DNA from: Penicillus capitatus
Taxonomy: Eukaryota; Plantae; Chlorophyta
Assembly (NCBI GenBank): GCA_965649825.1
Contig: OZ287702.1
Location: forward strand, 920,786-984,785
Direction: 5' to 3'
DNA length: 64,000 bases
The number at the start of each line of letters is the position of its first letter. The stretch's first letter is position 1. The notes beneath the pieces were generated by a model, which saw only the letters and a program-made list of their open reading frames with translations, ran no database searches and was not told the origin of the DNA. Of the stretch, positions 1-12,113 are shown piece after piece. The translations under genes and the position numbers were made by a program.

Positions 1-1690
1 GTTCTGGATCTGATTCACTGCGGTCGTCTGCAGCAATAGAAGATCCCTCGGGATCAATCACTTCCTCTTTCGCATAGACAGGTGTGTGTGTCGTCCTATC
101 GCCTACCAATTTGTCTTGGACTTTGATCTTGTCCACCGAACCTACAACTGGTGAGACCACTACTCCCTCGTCATCAAACTTCTCTTCACTATCCTTCTCC
201 ATTTCGTCATCTGGAGTCGTAAGTGGAAGAACGATTCCCTCTTCATCGTCGTCGTCATCGTCTTCTTTTGCGCTGGGCTTTGAGGTAAGGATGTTTGGTT
301 GATCGGACACGCTTTCTTCGGTGACTGTTTTCTGAGAAGATGGGCTCTCGGATTCGTGTCGTGGAGGTTCTTCATCTTCATCGTGTTCATCGCTCTCCTG
401 ACCACTCATTTCATCGCTTTTCAGAGGCTCCTGCACACGATGCTCTTCTTCGTTCTGGTTATCTGATTCCTTATGTGTATCCGAATCTCGGAAACTCCGC
501 TCTGAATGACTTAAACCAAATTGCGGTTTCCAGTACTCAGGTATCTCATCCATCAAATCTGTATAGCACTGTACATACACACACAGAAGGCATCGTTGAT
601 GATGAGGTATGGTTTGTGGTGGTGGTGGTACGAAATGTTTGTTGATCTGTTTGGCTCTTTTGCATGCCTTCAGCACAGCATCCCGCATACATGGAGCATT
701 GATTAAATCCGAGACAGTGGGCCGTTTGCTGGCAGACTTTCTCAACATACTGCAAGGCACATACTCGACATGCGGGTCCTTGACCGATCAGCTTTACCTT
801 TTAATTATTGTTCGCCATTCTGCCGAGTATTGCGACGGCAATGGTGCCAGACTAGCTTTTCGGATCTTGTGAATTAAACCATGCATGTTGAACGCATTGA
901 AAGCAGGTTTTAAGGCTGTCAATTCATACATGACGCAACCCAAGCTCCAAATGTCTGTGCCAAATCCATATCGTTGTTTCGAGAGCAGTTCGGGCGACAT
1001 GTAATGGGGTGTCCCCACAACAGAGTAGTCAGGATCTGCTGATTTGCCATCACGGATGGTCGCCAGACCAAAATCGCCGATCTGAATGTCGTAGTCCCGG
1101 GTCAAGAATAGATTGCTGCTCTTGATGTCTCGGTGAAGTACTCCCGCATGGTGAATATACTCCATCCCGAGCAAAGCCTGAGCTAACCACATCTTCAAAC
1201 GATCTTCAGAGAAGTGGCCCTAGCGTCCACGCACGGGCATCGTTTCAAAGACTAGGGTTTTTGGCACTGTACTTTGTGCGAATGCAGCAAGCTTCCCAAA
1301 TCACCATTGCGACAATAGCCATATACGATATTTATCGTATGCCCTCTATCCACCCATCCCTCAACAAAGGGCACGACAAATGGATGATCCAGTGAAGAAA
1401 CCTATCTCAACAATAACGACGGTAGGACCCCTCGTGATGCTAGAATGAACGCACGAGCTGCAATTCTTGAAACGAAGATCTTCTTTGCCATTCAGACAAT
1501 CGCGCCAGTCTTATTCGCTTCAGTACATATCTGTGTCACACGATGTTTTGAGAACCGTTTGATGGCTGTGTGTTCACTTCTTCTTGGTTTCCTTGTTGAT
1601 GACGACATTAGCTGCACCAAAAGAGCCTTTACCAATCTGCTCAGCTATCAAGTATTTGTCCGCGCGAGACGAGGAAGAAGAGGAGGGCAT
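1..1690 (-). CDS. NEK: NIMA-related (NEK-family) Ser/Thr kinase with long acidic C-terminal tail; 3' end runs off the window
   Basis: Hand-spliced exons from ATG 1690 give MPSSSSSSRADKYLIAEQIGKGSFGA, YVLKRIRL, HRDIKSSNLFL, DFGLA, GTPHYMSPE and DIWSLGC. Four 45-55 nt GT-AG introns. The final D/E-rich exon is open to base 1. Confidence 0.9.
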
Positions 1691-2305
1691 TGTTTGACTC
1701 GACATAGAAAACAGCGGAGCCAGACAGTACGGTTCCAAAAAGAATTGAACGGAGAGGCTTTCTCAGGGACTGAGCAAAAAAAGTCGATGACACCCAATTT
1801 TTTACGTCGACTTTGTCTTCACGCATACAGAGATAGAGCGAAGCCTGTGGATGTAAAAATAGTCCGCGTCGATGTTGACGGTTTAATTTTTGCCTGCTCG
1901 GTTAACCCTGCCTTGATACATGGCAGATAATGCAGCATTAGGGGGCACGATCGACGGTTAGCGAACAGTCGGAGCACTTATCACGCTCCATGCACCATGG
2001 ACTCGATGACACCGCACCGAGTGCAACAGTCAGAGACGCACATCACAAAACGCATGCATCAAACAAGACATATCTATACGGTCCAAAAGGAACGTCGATG
2101 CTAGGAAGATTTAAGAGTCATCTATTAACGTGCAGAGTGGCCAGATCGGTCGGCAGAAGACTATGGCGAGGTTTGGTGGTAGCAACGGTCGGCACAGGTA
2201 TAGAATGACGCGGCGCAGATCAGATACGGACGGTGTCGCGTTTCGCTGATGCTTCGTTCGTCTCGTCGACATCCTTCTCGGAGCGCACAAACCCATTCGA
2301 CTATA

Positions 2306-3118
2306 ATGCAAACCATCGCAGAGTTGCCAGGTCACCGCGAGCCTTCTGCCATGAAGAACATTGTACTTATCATCGCTGCTCGGCCAACGGGTTTTGCCGA
2401 AAAGCTCACGGGTCAGCGCTGCAACGACTCGTGTTCTTGGACAATCTCGACGAAGTATTACGAAACAGCTGTCACGGTGAACAACTGTCTCCTGCGAGAG
2501 GCCACAGATGATGATTTGGCGGAAACAGAGTGCGAGGCACTGGTTCTCGTCGGACAGAGAGCGCAGAAGGAGGAGTTGGCGGCCATCAAGGGATGGTACG
2601 ATACAAAACGTAAGAACAGGATGAGGGATGCAAGCATCTCCCTTCTCGTTTTGGAAGAAAATCCCACAGACTCAAACATTGACGAATCCTCTGAAAAAGA
2701 GCTTCACTGGTGCCTCTCAAATGGCTTTGAACTTGTTCGAGTGTCGACCACGGACGATGCGTGGGATGGGCGATTGGATCGTGAGGAAGGACAAGGAATG
2801 CCACGTGTGATGGAAGCATTGGCAGCACATGTGTGGCCCGGATGCACGATGAAGAGCAGAAAGGAAATGAATGGGCAAAAAGAGCAGAGCACGGCAGTGG
2901 TTGGCGAAAGTGAACCCTCCTTCGAACCATCTCAAGACGAAGATGCTTTCGAGAAGCTGCTGTCGGAGATGACAAGTGTGTCTGACGCGCTCGGCACTGT
3001 ACTAAAGGTCGGATGTGTAGATGCAAGGGAACAGTTAAGAAGGATGCCGGATGGAGAGCGGCGAGATCGTGCGGCAAGCTTGGCCTTGAAGCTGGCAAAG
3101 TACTTTGAGGACGAATAA
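2306..3118 (+). CDS. AAGAB: Alpha/gamma-adaptin-binding protein p34-like
   Basis: Motifs EGQGMPRVMEALAAHVWP and DEDAFEKLLSEM...RRMPDGERRDRAASLAL are typical of the Adaptin_binding family. One probable short in-frame intron near the 3' end. Confidence 0.8.
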   Translation: MQTIAELPGHREPSAMKNIVLIIAARPTGFAEKLTGQRCNDSCSWTISTKYYETAVTVNNCLLREATDDDLAETECEALVLVGQRAQKEELAAIKGWYDTKRKNRMRDASISLLVLEENPTDSNIDESSEKELHWCLSNGFELVRVSTTDDAWDGRLDREEGQGMPRVMEALAAHVWPGCTMKSRKEMNGQKEQSTAVVGESEPSFEPSQDEDAFEKLLSEMTSVSDALGTVLKVGCVDAREQLRRMPDGERRDRAASLALKLAKYFEDE

Positions 3119-4344
3119 CAAACAGCTCTGCTGCCCGACAAGTGTCACAATCGAGATTCCTCTACAACGCACGTGCGCTGGGTGTATTGACTGTAACACT
3201 TTCGACAAGTGCATGAGTGGTCTGAACGGCGTTCGATGCACTAGAAGCAGGGCGTCCGGTTTACAGGTCAAGACCATCGACTTCAGATGGCAATCGCTGT
3301 TTTTACAAGTTGTTCTGCACGCTTCGAATCATGCGAATGTCTAGAAGATACGTTTAGCTATCGTTGTCAGAGCCTCTTTCCATTGCTTACACATCCTTGG
3401 GTGCAGTTGAAATCTGAAGGTCAATAACGTGACAGGCATGACACCATGTACGTGCAATTGCACTGCATCATTTGGTTATTAGGTCACCAACAGTGAAGCA
3501 TCTGCCTTCGGGACGCAAAGGAAAACGTCCTTTTCCCTTGATGTGTTCCCAGACATTAACACGCAGGTTGGAGACATTTGCTGAAGGATCATTTTATTCG
3601 TATGGGCTTTAGGACATCTCATTGTGTCAACTCACACTGTTAGGCAAAAAAGAGAGCTCGAAGGTTTGGTTGCTTCGGTCGTTCGTCGTTATGGGAAAGA
3701 AAACATATGACATACCAGGTCACGCCAGTCACAATACTGTTGAAATGAGACAACGAAGTAAACCGTAACATGCACGACAACAGAGCCAAGCGCGCTATTT
3801 TCGACAGCGTCTCGCCGTGTTCGCTTAGTCAACATTCTGCGCTTACTTCGAACAACCTTGTTCGCTTGGCGCCCAATTCTGGGACGATTCGACGATGTGG
3901 TACCTATCTCGTTCTTCAGAGGCAAAAATGTCTCTTTAGTACACTTGGCTGAAGGAAACTCAGAAACGAAGAGGCTTCTTTTCAAACACACCCTGCCGAA
4001 AACCACTCACAGAAAGGAAATTGTTGCAGCCATCGCAAACTCAAAAGCTAGCGTTCGTTGCACGGTACAGAAAGACGTCAGCGCTGTCGCAGCGCTTAGG
4101 TAACATTATATCCAGCTTCTGCATCCGTCCCGTCTCGCACTCTTTTCACATTTTTGGTGTGGTACTGTGTCTGGACCCTTCCAGAGCGCAATGATATCAT
4201 TGATTTCGCGTGGGATAGCGGTATTGTGCGGTCACGGTCACAGATAACACAATGAGTCACTCGCTCATTGAACATTATAAAAACCGAAGGCTGAGAGCAT
4301 TTGCGCTAAACTTTTGCCCCGCCGCGGACGGTCTTGTCTTCTCT

Positions 4345-5674
4345 ATGGCTAACCCAACGGATTACATCTGTTTCTCCTTCAAAGAAATAAAGAAACGCGA
4401 ATACCGTGCACCCACTTCACTATGCACTTCAAGAGGAAGTGATGGGACTCGTCGCGTTTCTGACCAGATAGAAGAACTCAACCGAATACGTGCGGAAGCC
4501 CTTGCTGCTTCTAAGACAAAAAATCCAGATGGAGAGACCAAAGACGCATTCGTCAAGTACTGTCAACGAGCTCCCCGGTGTTACGTGTGCAAAACTTTCT
4601 TTGTAGTTTTTACCGTTCTCTCTGTAAAACAGGCAGACTGTTTTCGACTTGGTTAAACGGGGTCAACACTTCTTTATGCTTAACGTGGCGGAGTCCCAAG
4701 TCTGGGCGAAAGAAAAGCAAAGAAGTGGATATTCGTCTGGAAAAAGCGACGGCGCTTTTCAACCTCGCTGTTTCTCTTTCGCAACAGGCAGTCGCGCTGT
4801 GCCATGCGGATGAACCGGACAGGCAGGCCATTGGCAGACTATTCCAAGTGCGTTCCGCTCCGCTGCCGCAATATATGAGCGGCATTTTTTGGTCACAGGA
4901 ATCTGCATCCGTCTTTTCCGTGGTTCGAGAAGTGGCGGAGAATGTAAGTTTGGACTAGGGAAGAGATATACGTTTAACTTTTCTTTTTACAGAACACGAG
5001 CCGGACGCCTCCTGTCTTGTCGCCTGATTTTATCAACTTCGCCGAGACATTATTTTTGGCTCAAGCTCAAGAGTGTGCTGTATGGAAAGCGATAAGAGAG
5101 AAGAATCTGGCGTCGACAGTGTTTCGAGTCGCCAGAAGTGGATCCCTGCTCTATTCAAACGTGCTGCAACAGCTCGGCAAATCCTCCGTCAAGAAATCGG
5201 CTCACCGTTCGTGGCAGGTTTGTCGTGAACTGTACGCCTTCTTCGCATAAGCTCTGCCTTCTAGCCTCTGGTGCAGCGAAAGAGCTGGCTGATGGAAGCG
5301 GTCTGTCAACGTTATTCGGCCATGTATGCGCGCCAGAAAGGCGAGTTTGGCGTCGAGATCTCGAGATTGAAGCAGACGGCGATGCTTTTGGGTTACCTCC
5401 GAAATAGAAAGCCTGCAAAGAAAGAAATCGATCTGTATGTGGAACGCCTTATTCAAAACACAGCCGAGAGATTAAGAGTCGCAGAAGAGGCAAGTTTTCG
5501 CGCAAAACCACTCTCAACCAATCTGTTGTGTAGGAAAACGCGGTCGTCTATCTTTCGAATGTTACGCCCTTCAAATTGTTGCCTATTGTAGAAGGTCGTC
5601 AAGTAGTTCACGTGGTTTCGTGCACGTATCTGGATGCCGTGGACGAGAACACGCTATCAACTCCGAAGACCTAA
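4345..5674 (+). CDS. BRO1-domain-only protein (truncated, diverged ALIX paralog)
   Basis: Exons give EKATALFNLA, AETLFLAQAQEC and GEFGVEISRL, ending at TAA 5672-5674 just after the Bro1 domain. It aligns by eye to the ALIX gene at 41991 with four shared intron positions. Confidence 0.8.
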
Positions 5675-6568
5675 ACCGCACATATGTCGGTGCCAGTCAT
5701 TTTTGGTTGTTCGAATCAGCAATATTGTTGCCTCTTTCGGTCTCCTTATTTTCTGCCGGTATTTTTTCGCTGATGCCGTTCTTGAGATTATCTGTACACA
5801 ATAGGACTTGAGATCTAGTAGTGGTAACTCCACATTAAGCAAACGAGAAGTTGTAAATCATTTCCACACTTTCCGGCAATATTCGCGTATTACCTGACCC
5901 GCGAAACACACTCTGCAAGTTACTGTGCAGCACGCATGCGTTTCTCCTTGATCCTGAAAATGCTTAATAGCAAGGAAGCACGAATGGAATGCGTAGTGGT
6001 TCAGCAGCAAGCACATCTCGGTCATGACGAACGACCGCCCTTGTATCAGCAGCGCCGTGACAACCATGCAAGAGGTATCATCGAACATTTCTGTTTATGC
6101 GGTTGAAGAAATGATCTCATTGCCGTTAGCTCCCCGACTGTGTGACTGTGCCGCCGTTTCATGTGATGTGTTCCTCACGACATTTTCAGATCTTTGAAGC
6201 CGCACGTCAACTGTCGAGCTTTCCTGGTGGTCAACAACGCGCCTCGTCAGTGCCTCGATATGGGTGTTCTCATGGGCATTGAAGGGGCACCTTTTCTCTG
6301 GCTCTGTGTGCAGGATGACGCAACTGCCTAGTCAGTCGCGTCACCATGTGGGTATTTAACAGTGAGTATGGACCTCGAAGGATGTTGCTCCGAACAGTAA
6401 AGTCGTTCCTCAATTCGCGCTCTCGTTGCCCGGCAGGAACGGTGACTGCAACAGTCATCGGCACGTTACATTCACGTGAACTCCTATACGTACGACGATA
6501 TCATTCTGCATCATTCAACTACCAGTCTCCGTTTGACTTTCTAAAGAATCGACCGGCGAAAACGCAAC

Positions 6569-7108
6569 ATGGGCAATACGAAAACCTGGTCGACAGGCCT
6601 CTGCGACTGCTTTTCAGAATGCGATATCTGTGCGCGTTTCCCATCCTCATCTGCTTGTCGGATTTGGCATGCAGGTATATATGGATGGTGTTGCTCGGTC
6701 TGCCTCTATGCTGGAAACGCATCGAAGCTCATCGGTGGAGGCTGCTGCGGATACTGTTGCATCCATACGCTGCTTTCTATGGTATTCCCGCCGGCCGTTG
6801 CTTGTAAGCCGACGATCGGTTCGTTGACGAGATTGTTACACAAGTCACATCACAGGCTATACGTCGGCCACCCGAAGAGTGCTGCGCAATAAGTACAATC
6901 TACCGGAGCAGCCCTGTTCCGACTGTTGCGTGCATTGCTGGTGCGCCGCATGCGCATTTTGCCAGGAAGCCAGAGAAATACGCGTAAGCACCGTCACTTA
7001 CAGAAGGACGCCGTCACAAACATACTCTTTAGGCTCGTCACAGTCACTCATCCTCTTCAGATTCCAGCGACGACGACAAAAAATAGAGATGAGGCCGCAT
7101 CTGGATAA
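6569..7108 (+). CDS. PLAC8-family Cys-rich protein
   Basis: WSTGLCDCFSEC, RNKYNLPEQPCSDCCVHCWCAACAFCQEAREI across short introns. Confidence 0.88.
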
Positions 7109-7205
7109 ACACGGAGCATACATATATCGTCGAATTCCGTCCATACGTCATCTGCTTCTAAAACGGCGACTCTGTGACTGGCTGCTGTCGTGATTCTTCT
7201 TTCGT

Positions 7206-8147
7206 CTATTGTGTTTCGTCTATTCCCGAGTCCACATATTCGAACGCGCCCGATTGTTCGTGTTCTAACATGTCCAGAGCGACCAGACAGCTATCGGCGA
7301 CGATGGGGTCGGGATCTTTTGCATACTGCTTCAGTAACGCGACGCAATCGTCCATCGCAATCGATCCCAGCGCTTCTGCCGCCTCATGACGCACCATTGG
7401 ATTCTCGTCCACATCTTGAAGAACGCGTTGCAAACCGGGCGCGGCTGTTTTGTCCTGCATCTGTCCGAGAACAAACGCCACTTCGTGCTTCAGGAGAGCA
7501 CTGGAGGAGTGGAAAGCCTGCACAATGGCATCGACAGCAGCCGGGCCTCCGATATTCCTCAAGGCAAACAGAGATCTGTACCGATCAAACATCGTGGCCT
7601 CTTCGTCAAGCAGACAGGTCTTGAGCTGTGCCAACGAGGCAGTCATGGCTGCTGCTGGAGTGGGGTCAACTGAAACGTAATCGCTTCTGGATGTTTGCAC
7701 ATGGCCTCTGGCTGCTTCGTCGATGCGCTGGAGGGCAAGCAAACATGTTTCTCGGACTTCAGGTGCGTCATCGTTTTTATGCGCCTCCAACGGAGCGAGG
7801 CATTCCAAAGTACCGATGGCTCCCAGCGCTTCTCCAGCTTCATGTCGAACCATGGGGTGCTCCTCTGGGTCGCTCAGAATCTTTACCAGCTCCGGAATAC
7901 CTGCCGGATTTTGCGTTTGGCCTAAACAGCGAACAGGATCCGCTCCAAACGAGGGTAGAGCAAATAACAAACCGAGACAGTAAGCCACTTCGTGACGGAA
8001 CAACGTCGAAGAGTCTTTGAGTCCAACAAGCAGGGCATCGTGCGCTTCTGCTGAATCCTTCAGGTTCTTGAGCGCAAAGAGAACACGATACTTCCGCGAA
8101 AGCGGCGTGTTTGGATCTTCGAGTTTGGCTCGGAGCTTTCCTATCAT
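7206..8147 (-). CDS. DOHH: Deoxyhypusine hydroxylase
   Basis: Four HE motifs in HEAT-like repeats: RHEVAYCLG, RHEAGEALG, KHEVAFVLG, RHEAAEALG. One in-frame intron. Confidence 0.95.
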   Translation of the reverse strand: MIGKLRAKLEDPNTPLSRKYRVLFALKNLKDSAEAHDALLVGLKDSSTLFRHEVAYCLGLLFALPSFGADPVRCLGQTQNPAGIPELVKILSDPEEHPMVRHEAGEALGAIGTLECLAPLEAHKNDDAPEVRETCLLALQRIDEAARGHVQTSRSDYVSVDPTPAAAMTASLAQLKTCLLDEEATMFDRYRSLFALRNIGGPAAVDAIVQAFHSSSALLKHEVAFVLGQMQDKTAAPGLQRVLQDVDENPMVRHEAAEALGSIAMDDCVALLKQYAKDPDPIVADSCLVALDMLEHEQSGAFEYVDSGIDETQ

Positions 8148-8192
8148 CACACCGTACGAAACATCACGCGTCTATCCGCATCCTTCTGCACC

Positions 8193-9568
8193 ATGTTCTC
8201 GAACAACGCCGACCTCGAAACCCTGACGACAGCGATCATTGGTTTGTCGAACAGCCCCGAAGAGCGTTCCGAGTTATTGCGATTGCTCTCCGACAACAGC
8301 ACACTGATTGCGGCGAAACCTGCCGATCTCTTGTCGGAGTTGAATTTCGCCGAGCACTCTTTTGCCTCTCTCTATGTTCTGTGGAACTGGAAGTCGAGCC
8401 TTGGAACTGCTAATCGACGCGGTGACGCGGAATGGTTCAGACACGCCGTGCGTTTTCTCAAAGAATGCAACCCAGCCACTCTCGATACACTGGGAGGAAA
8501 ATTCTTGTCCGTGGCTCGGGCTGTCAAGAAGGACGCGATGCAAATGGAGCAGCCCCGGTTAGCGGTCCTGCCCTTGCGTCATGCCGTGCAGAAATTTGCA
8601 CCATCTGTGGATACGCTCACTCCATTACATGCAGATTTCTTTCAGCTCTGTCTTTTATCGCGTCATTACGGGGCAGCCAGAGAGATTCTGTTTTCGGATA
8701 TCTATGAGATGGACCCTGCTCGGACGCATCTCACTCCGACGGATTTCTTGCTCTATTGCTATTATGGAGGACGATTGTGTGTTGGACTGAAGGAGTATCC
8801 CCGGGCGCTGGAGCTCTTTCATTTAGCATTGGTGGCACCCACCCTTGCATCCAATGCCATAACTTTGATGGTCTACAAGTTCTATACCCTCGTATCTCTC
8901 TTGGAATTGGGCCATGTGCCAGAGTTGCCCAGATACAGCTCCAGCTCTGTTCTGAGATTATCGAGAGCCCCTTCGATGATCCCCTACCTTCGTATAACCG
9001 AAGCTTACAGAGGCACGTTTTATGATTCTCGCCATGCACGTGGATAGAAACGCCGCGCTCTGTAGATTCGAGCAGGGATGCTGTCGAGAAGGCAGTGCTG
9101 GAGGGGAGAGAGATTTTTGAAGAGGACAACTGTTTTGGCATCGTCAAACAAGTCGTCGCCTGTCTTCCCCGCAGAGACGTCAAAGCGTAGTTCGTCCCCA
9201 TACCGCATTCATCTCTCTTAAGATGTCTGTCCTGTAGACTGACACAAAGTTACATGACACGTTCGCTGTCGGATATCGCATCGGCAGTTGGGTTGCCAAA
9301 CGAAGATGCTGCAGAGCGTTTGCTAGTGGAATTGGTTAAGGAGAAGCAGATCTCTGTCCAAATCAGCGGCCAAAAGAGAATAGTGTCCTTCATAGAAGAC
9401 AGCGAGGTGGATGAGCGTATCGGAACGACAGCGCAACTCGATGCGATGCTTCAAGATGTCAGACAGTTAGGAGAACGTATGCAAAATGTCAAAGACAAAA
9501 TCGAACTCGATCCAGAGTACCGAAACAAAGTCCTCCAAACGGAGCAGCACTCCAAACTGGATGGCTAA
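8193..9568 (+). CDS. CSN3: COP9 signalosome subunit 3
   Basis: LTPLHADFFQLCL, FLLYCYYGG, and a C-terminal PCI region (YMTRSLSDIASAVGL...AERLLVELV...VSF). Confidence 0.9.
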
Positions 9569-9671
9569 CCAGATAACACGATCATCCATACAAAGACCTT
9601 TTCTCAGCGACACGCCAGTGAACATGTCCATCGCTGGTCTTGTCACCAGCACGGTTGTGTCTGGGCGAAAT

Positions 9672-11272
9672 CTACGGTTTCATGGTGTCCAAATCTCTCT
9701 CCATTGCTTCCATGTCTTTCAGTGTGGCTTGTGCATGTTTTAAGCTCTCCTATCCCAAACCCTTCATTTCCATGAAACTGCTATTCTTTGACAGACCTTT
9801 GCTGTTGTGTACTCCTGTGCGAGTGAAAGATATTCCGGCCCGAGTCTCTTGCAATGATCCAACTGGTCTGTTAACTGAAACAGCATCTCGCATTCCATTC
9901 TCCGAAACAACTTGTCCTCACTTCTTGCTGTTCCCTTATGGCAGACTCCGTTTCTTGATTGAGTATCTCCCTCAACGCTGCAAGTCCTTTGACTGCTCCA
10001 GGCGCATAGCAAGCATTCATGATGTTGTATAGCAAGCACTCAGTGTGTCTGCCAGGAAAACCATGTTATAACTTGTGTCCAAAGGGGTCCTTACGCTGCA
10101 TGCAGTCGGATCATCGTCTCTTGATAGATCAGTCTTTCCTGGTACAAAGAATGCCAAATTCTAGAGATGCACTCACCGTTCCGAAGAGGACCTTTTCTGA
10201 TTGAACTTGTTGACCCAAGACATGGCTTTCCAAGAGATTGGACATCATCGCCCAGATAGATTGGACTTCTTGATGCACTTCGCAGATAACAGCGGTCGCC
10301 AAGTCGATTTCGTTGCGATCGGGCATCTCCGCAGCGCCTTCTATTTTTTCATCAATGGCTGCAAGAATTGCGTTCTCGCGATCTGCAATGGAAACTTCAT
10401 TTGACAGTGACCCTTCTGCAGGTATTGAACTGAACTTGGCATCTCGTTTGGATCCACTTGAAAGAGAAGACAGAGACGATGGACCGTATCAGAAATATGT
10501 GCTTCAAACTGCGGAATCAGTTTCTGGTTTGTCATCTGTTAGACCATTTTATGCAGACTTTGATGCGGTATCTCTTCGCAAGATGGGCTCACGATAGAAT
10601 CGGCGATGTTCATTGAACGATGGGTTAGCTCCTTTGCAGTTACGCCCAGAATGAAGCCGGCATGTCCCACAAGCGCTGCCGCATGCTCATCTGCATAGAA
10701 ATGCTCAAAAACGACACAGCGATTGTGATATTCACCATTCTGAGGCATCTCCTCATCACCCCTTTTCTCCATTCTAAGTGTCTGCATCGCTTTAGCAACC
10801 TCATCCAAAACCAAACCATCAGCATAACTCCTCACGACTTGGTGCAGAATCGACTGCGAGAGAATGATGCAGGGAGTCATGCAGAGCAGTTAATGGAGAG
10901 TCCTTCTCTTCCGGTTCATTTCGCGCATGTGTATTGAACTCCTCCAGCTGTTGCAGCAAAAAGAGCTTTACGAGATATCTACACCACCGTGTCCCTCGTC
11001 CCTGCCTCAGCAGCAGCGACCATCACCTCCGTCGAATGGCTTTCATCTCTTCCTTCGCCTTTTCACATTCCTGCATCACTTCCGTCGGGAGTCCAACATC
11101 TGATCATCATCGTTCAGTGGCTCTTCGCAATGAAGAGGCCTGGATGGTTACCCGGGTCTGGGATCGCTTCGGCAAGTCGATCCCATAGTTGACGGAAACG
11201 GGGACATCTTTGAAGAAGGGCTGCTGATGGACGTCGCGGCGATAGACGTCGTCCTTCTGTCGTGCTGTTCAT
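9672..11272 (-). CDS. Multi-exon coiled-coil protein, probable augmin subunit 4 (HAUS4/AUG4)-like
   Basis: C-terminal exons CYAPGAVKGLAALREILNQETESA, LDHCKRLGPEYLSLAQEY and LKHAQATLKDMEAMERDL resemble the plant AUG4 C-terminus from memory. Internal exon structure is only partly resolved. Confidence 0.5.
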
Positions 11273-11484
11273 CGTGTTAATGTTCCAATCGACGATTATC
11301 GTTTCGAGTAGACTGGGACCGACAGCCGTGCAACTGTGTGCGTTTCTTTAAGTTCGTTGCTGCACCCGTGTAGGCAAATCTGTGCCGAAGAGCTTCGCTT
11401 TTCGTTCAATTACGTAAGAGACCTGCTTCGCGGGTTGCTTAATACCTACTATGCAATTATTTAGCACCGTCTGGATAGTTCCTA

Positions 11485-12113
11485 ATGGCCAAGTGGGGAG
11501 AAGGCGATCCACGGTGGTTAGTTCAAGAGCGAAGCGACGGAAAAAACGTGAATCAGTGGCACTGGGAAGAAATCAATAAACTGCCATGGGCAAAGAAACG
11601 ATTAGCAGACTTGTTAGTAGGCTTCAGAATCGAAGATGCAACCATCACATCATTAAAAGAAGTCTCAGGAGAGGTTCTCAGCCCATACCCACCGAACTCC
11701 GTGATGGCCACGGTTCTGTTCTTGCCAGGCGTGTGTCATGACGCGGAAAGGAGGAAAACGTGTTGCAAACTTTGATTTAAAGCTGGTCCTGAAATGGTCC
11801 TCCTCTAGCGAAGAAGATGAAGTATGTCCTTCGTTTTGGACGCCTCGTGTAAGGACACGGCGTTTCTCTGTAGCCGGCCACGGGCGAGATCAAGATTCGT
11901 GACTTTGCATGCGTCAATGAACCGGACGAATTTGAGTATGAAGTCGTGGTAGACGGAACGGAGTCCGATGTAAAGGTCATCAAGCAGTGGTCGATGCACT
12001 TCTGATCGATCCTCCTGTTTTTGCAGGATAAATACAAGAGCATCTGGATGGAGGCCAAGGGAGCAATAGTGGAGGTGCTTGAGCAGTTTACCAAAGAATT
12101 CCAGAGTTCATGA
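11485..12113 (+). CDS. Hsp90 co-chaperone Aha1 N-terminal-domain-only protein
   Basis: MAKWGEGDPRWLVQERSDGKNVNQWHWEE is the canonical Aha1 N-terminus. TGA at 12111-12113 with no START-like C domain. Confidence 0.88.

Noticed and set aside
3691-4103. Possible small spliced gene between AAGAB and the BRO1 paralog
   Set aside because: No recognisable motif and the splice model is not compelling; left uncalled.
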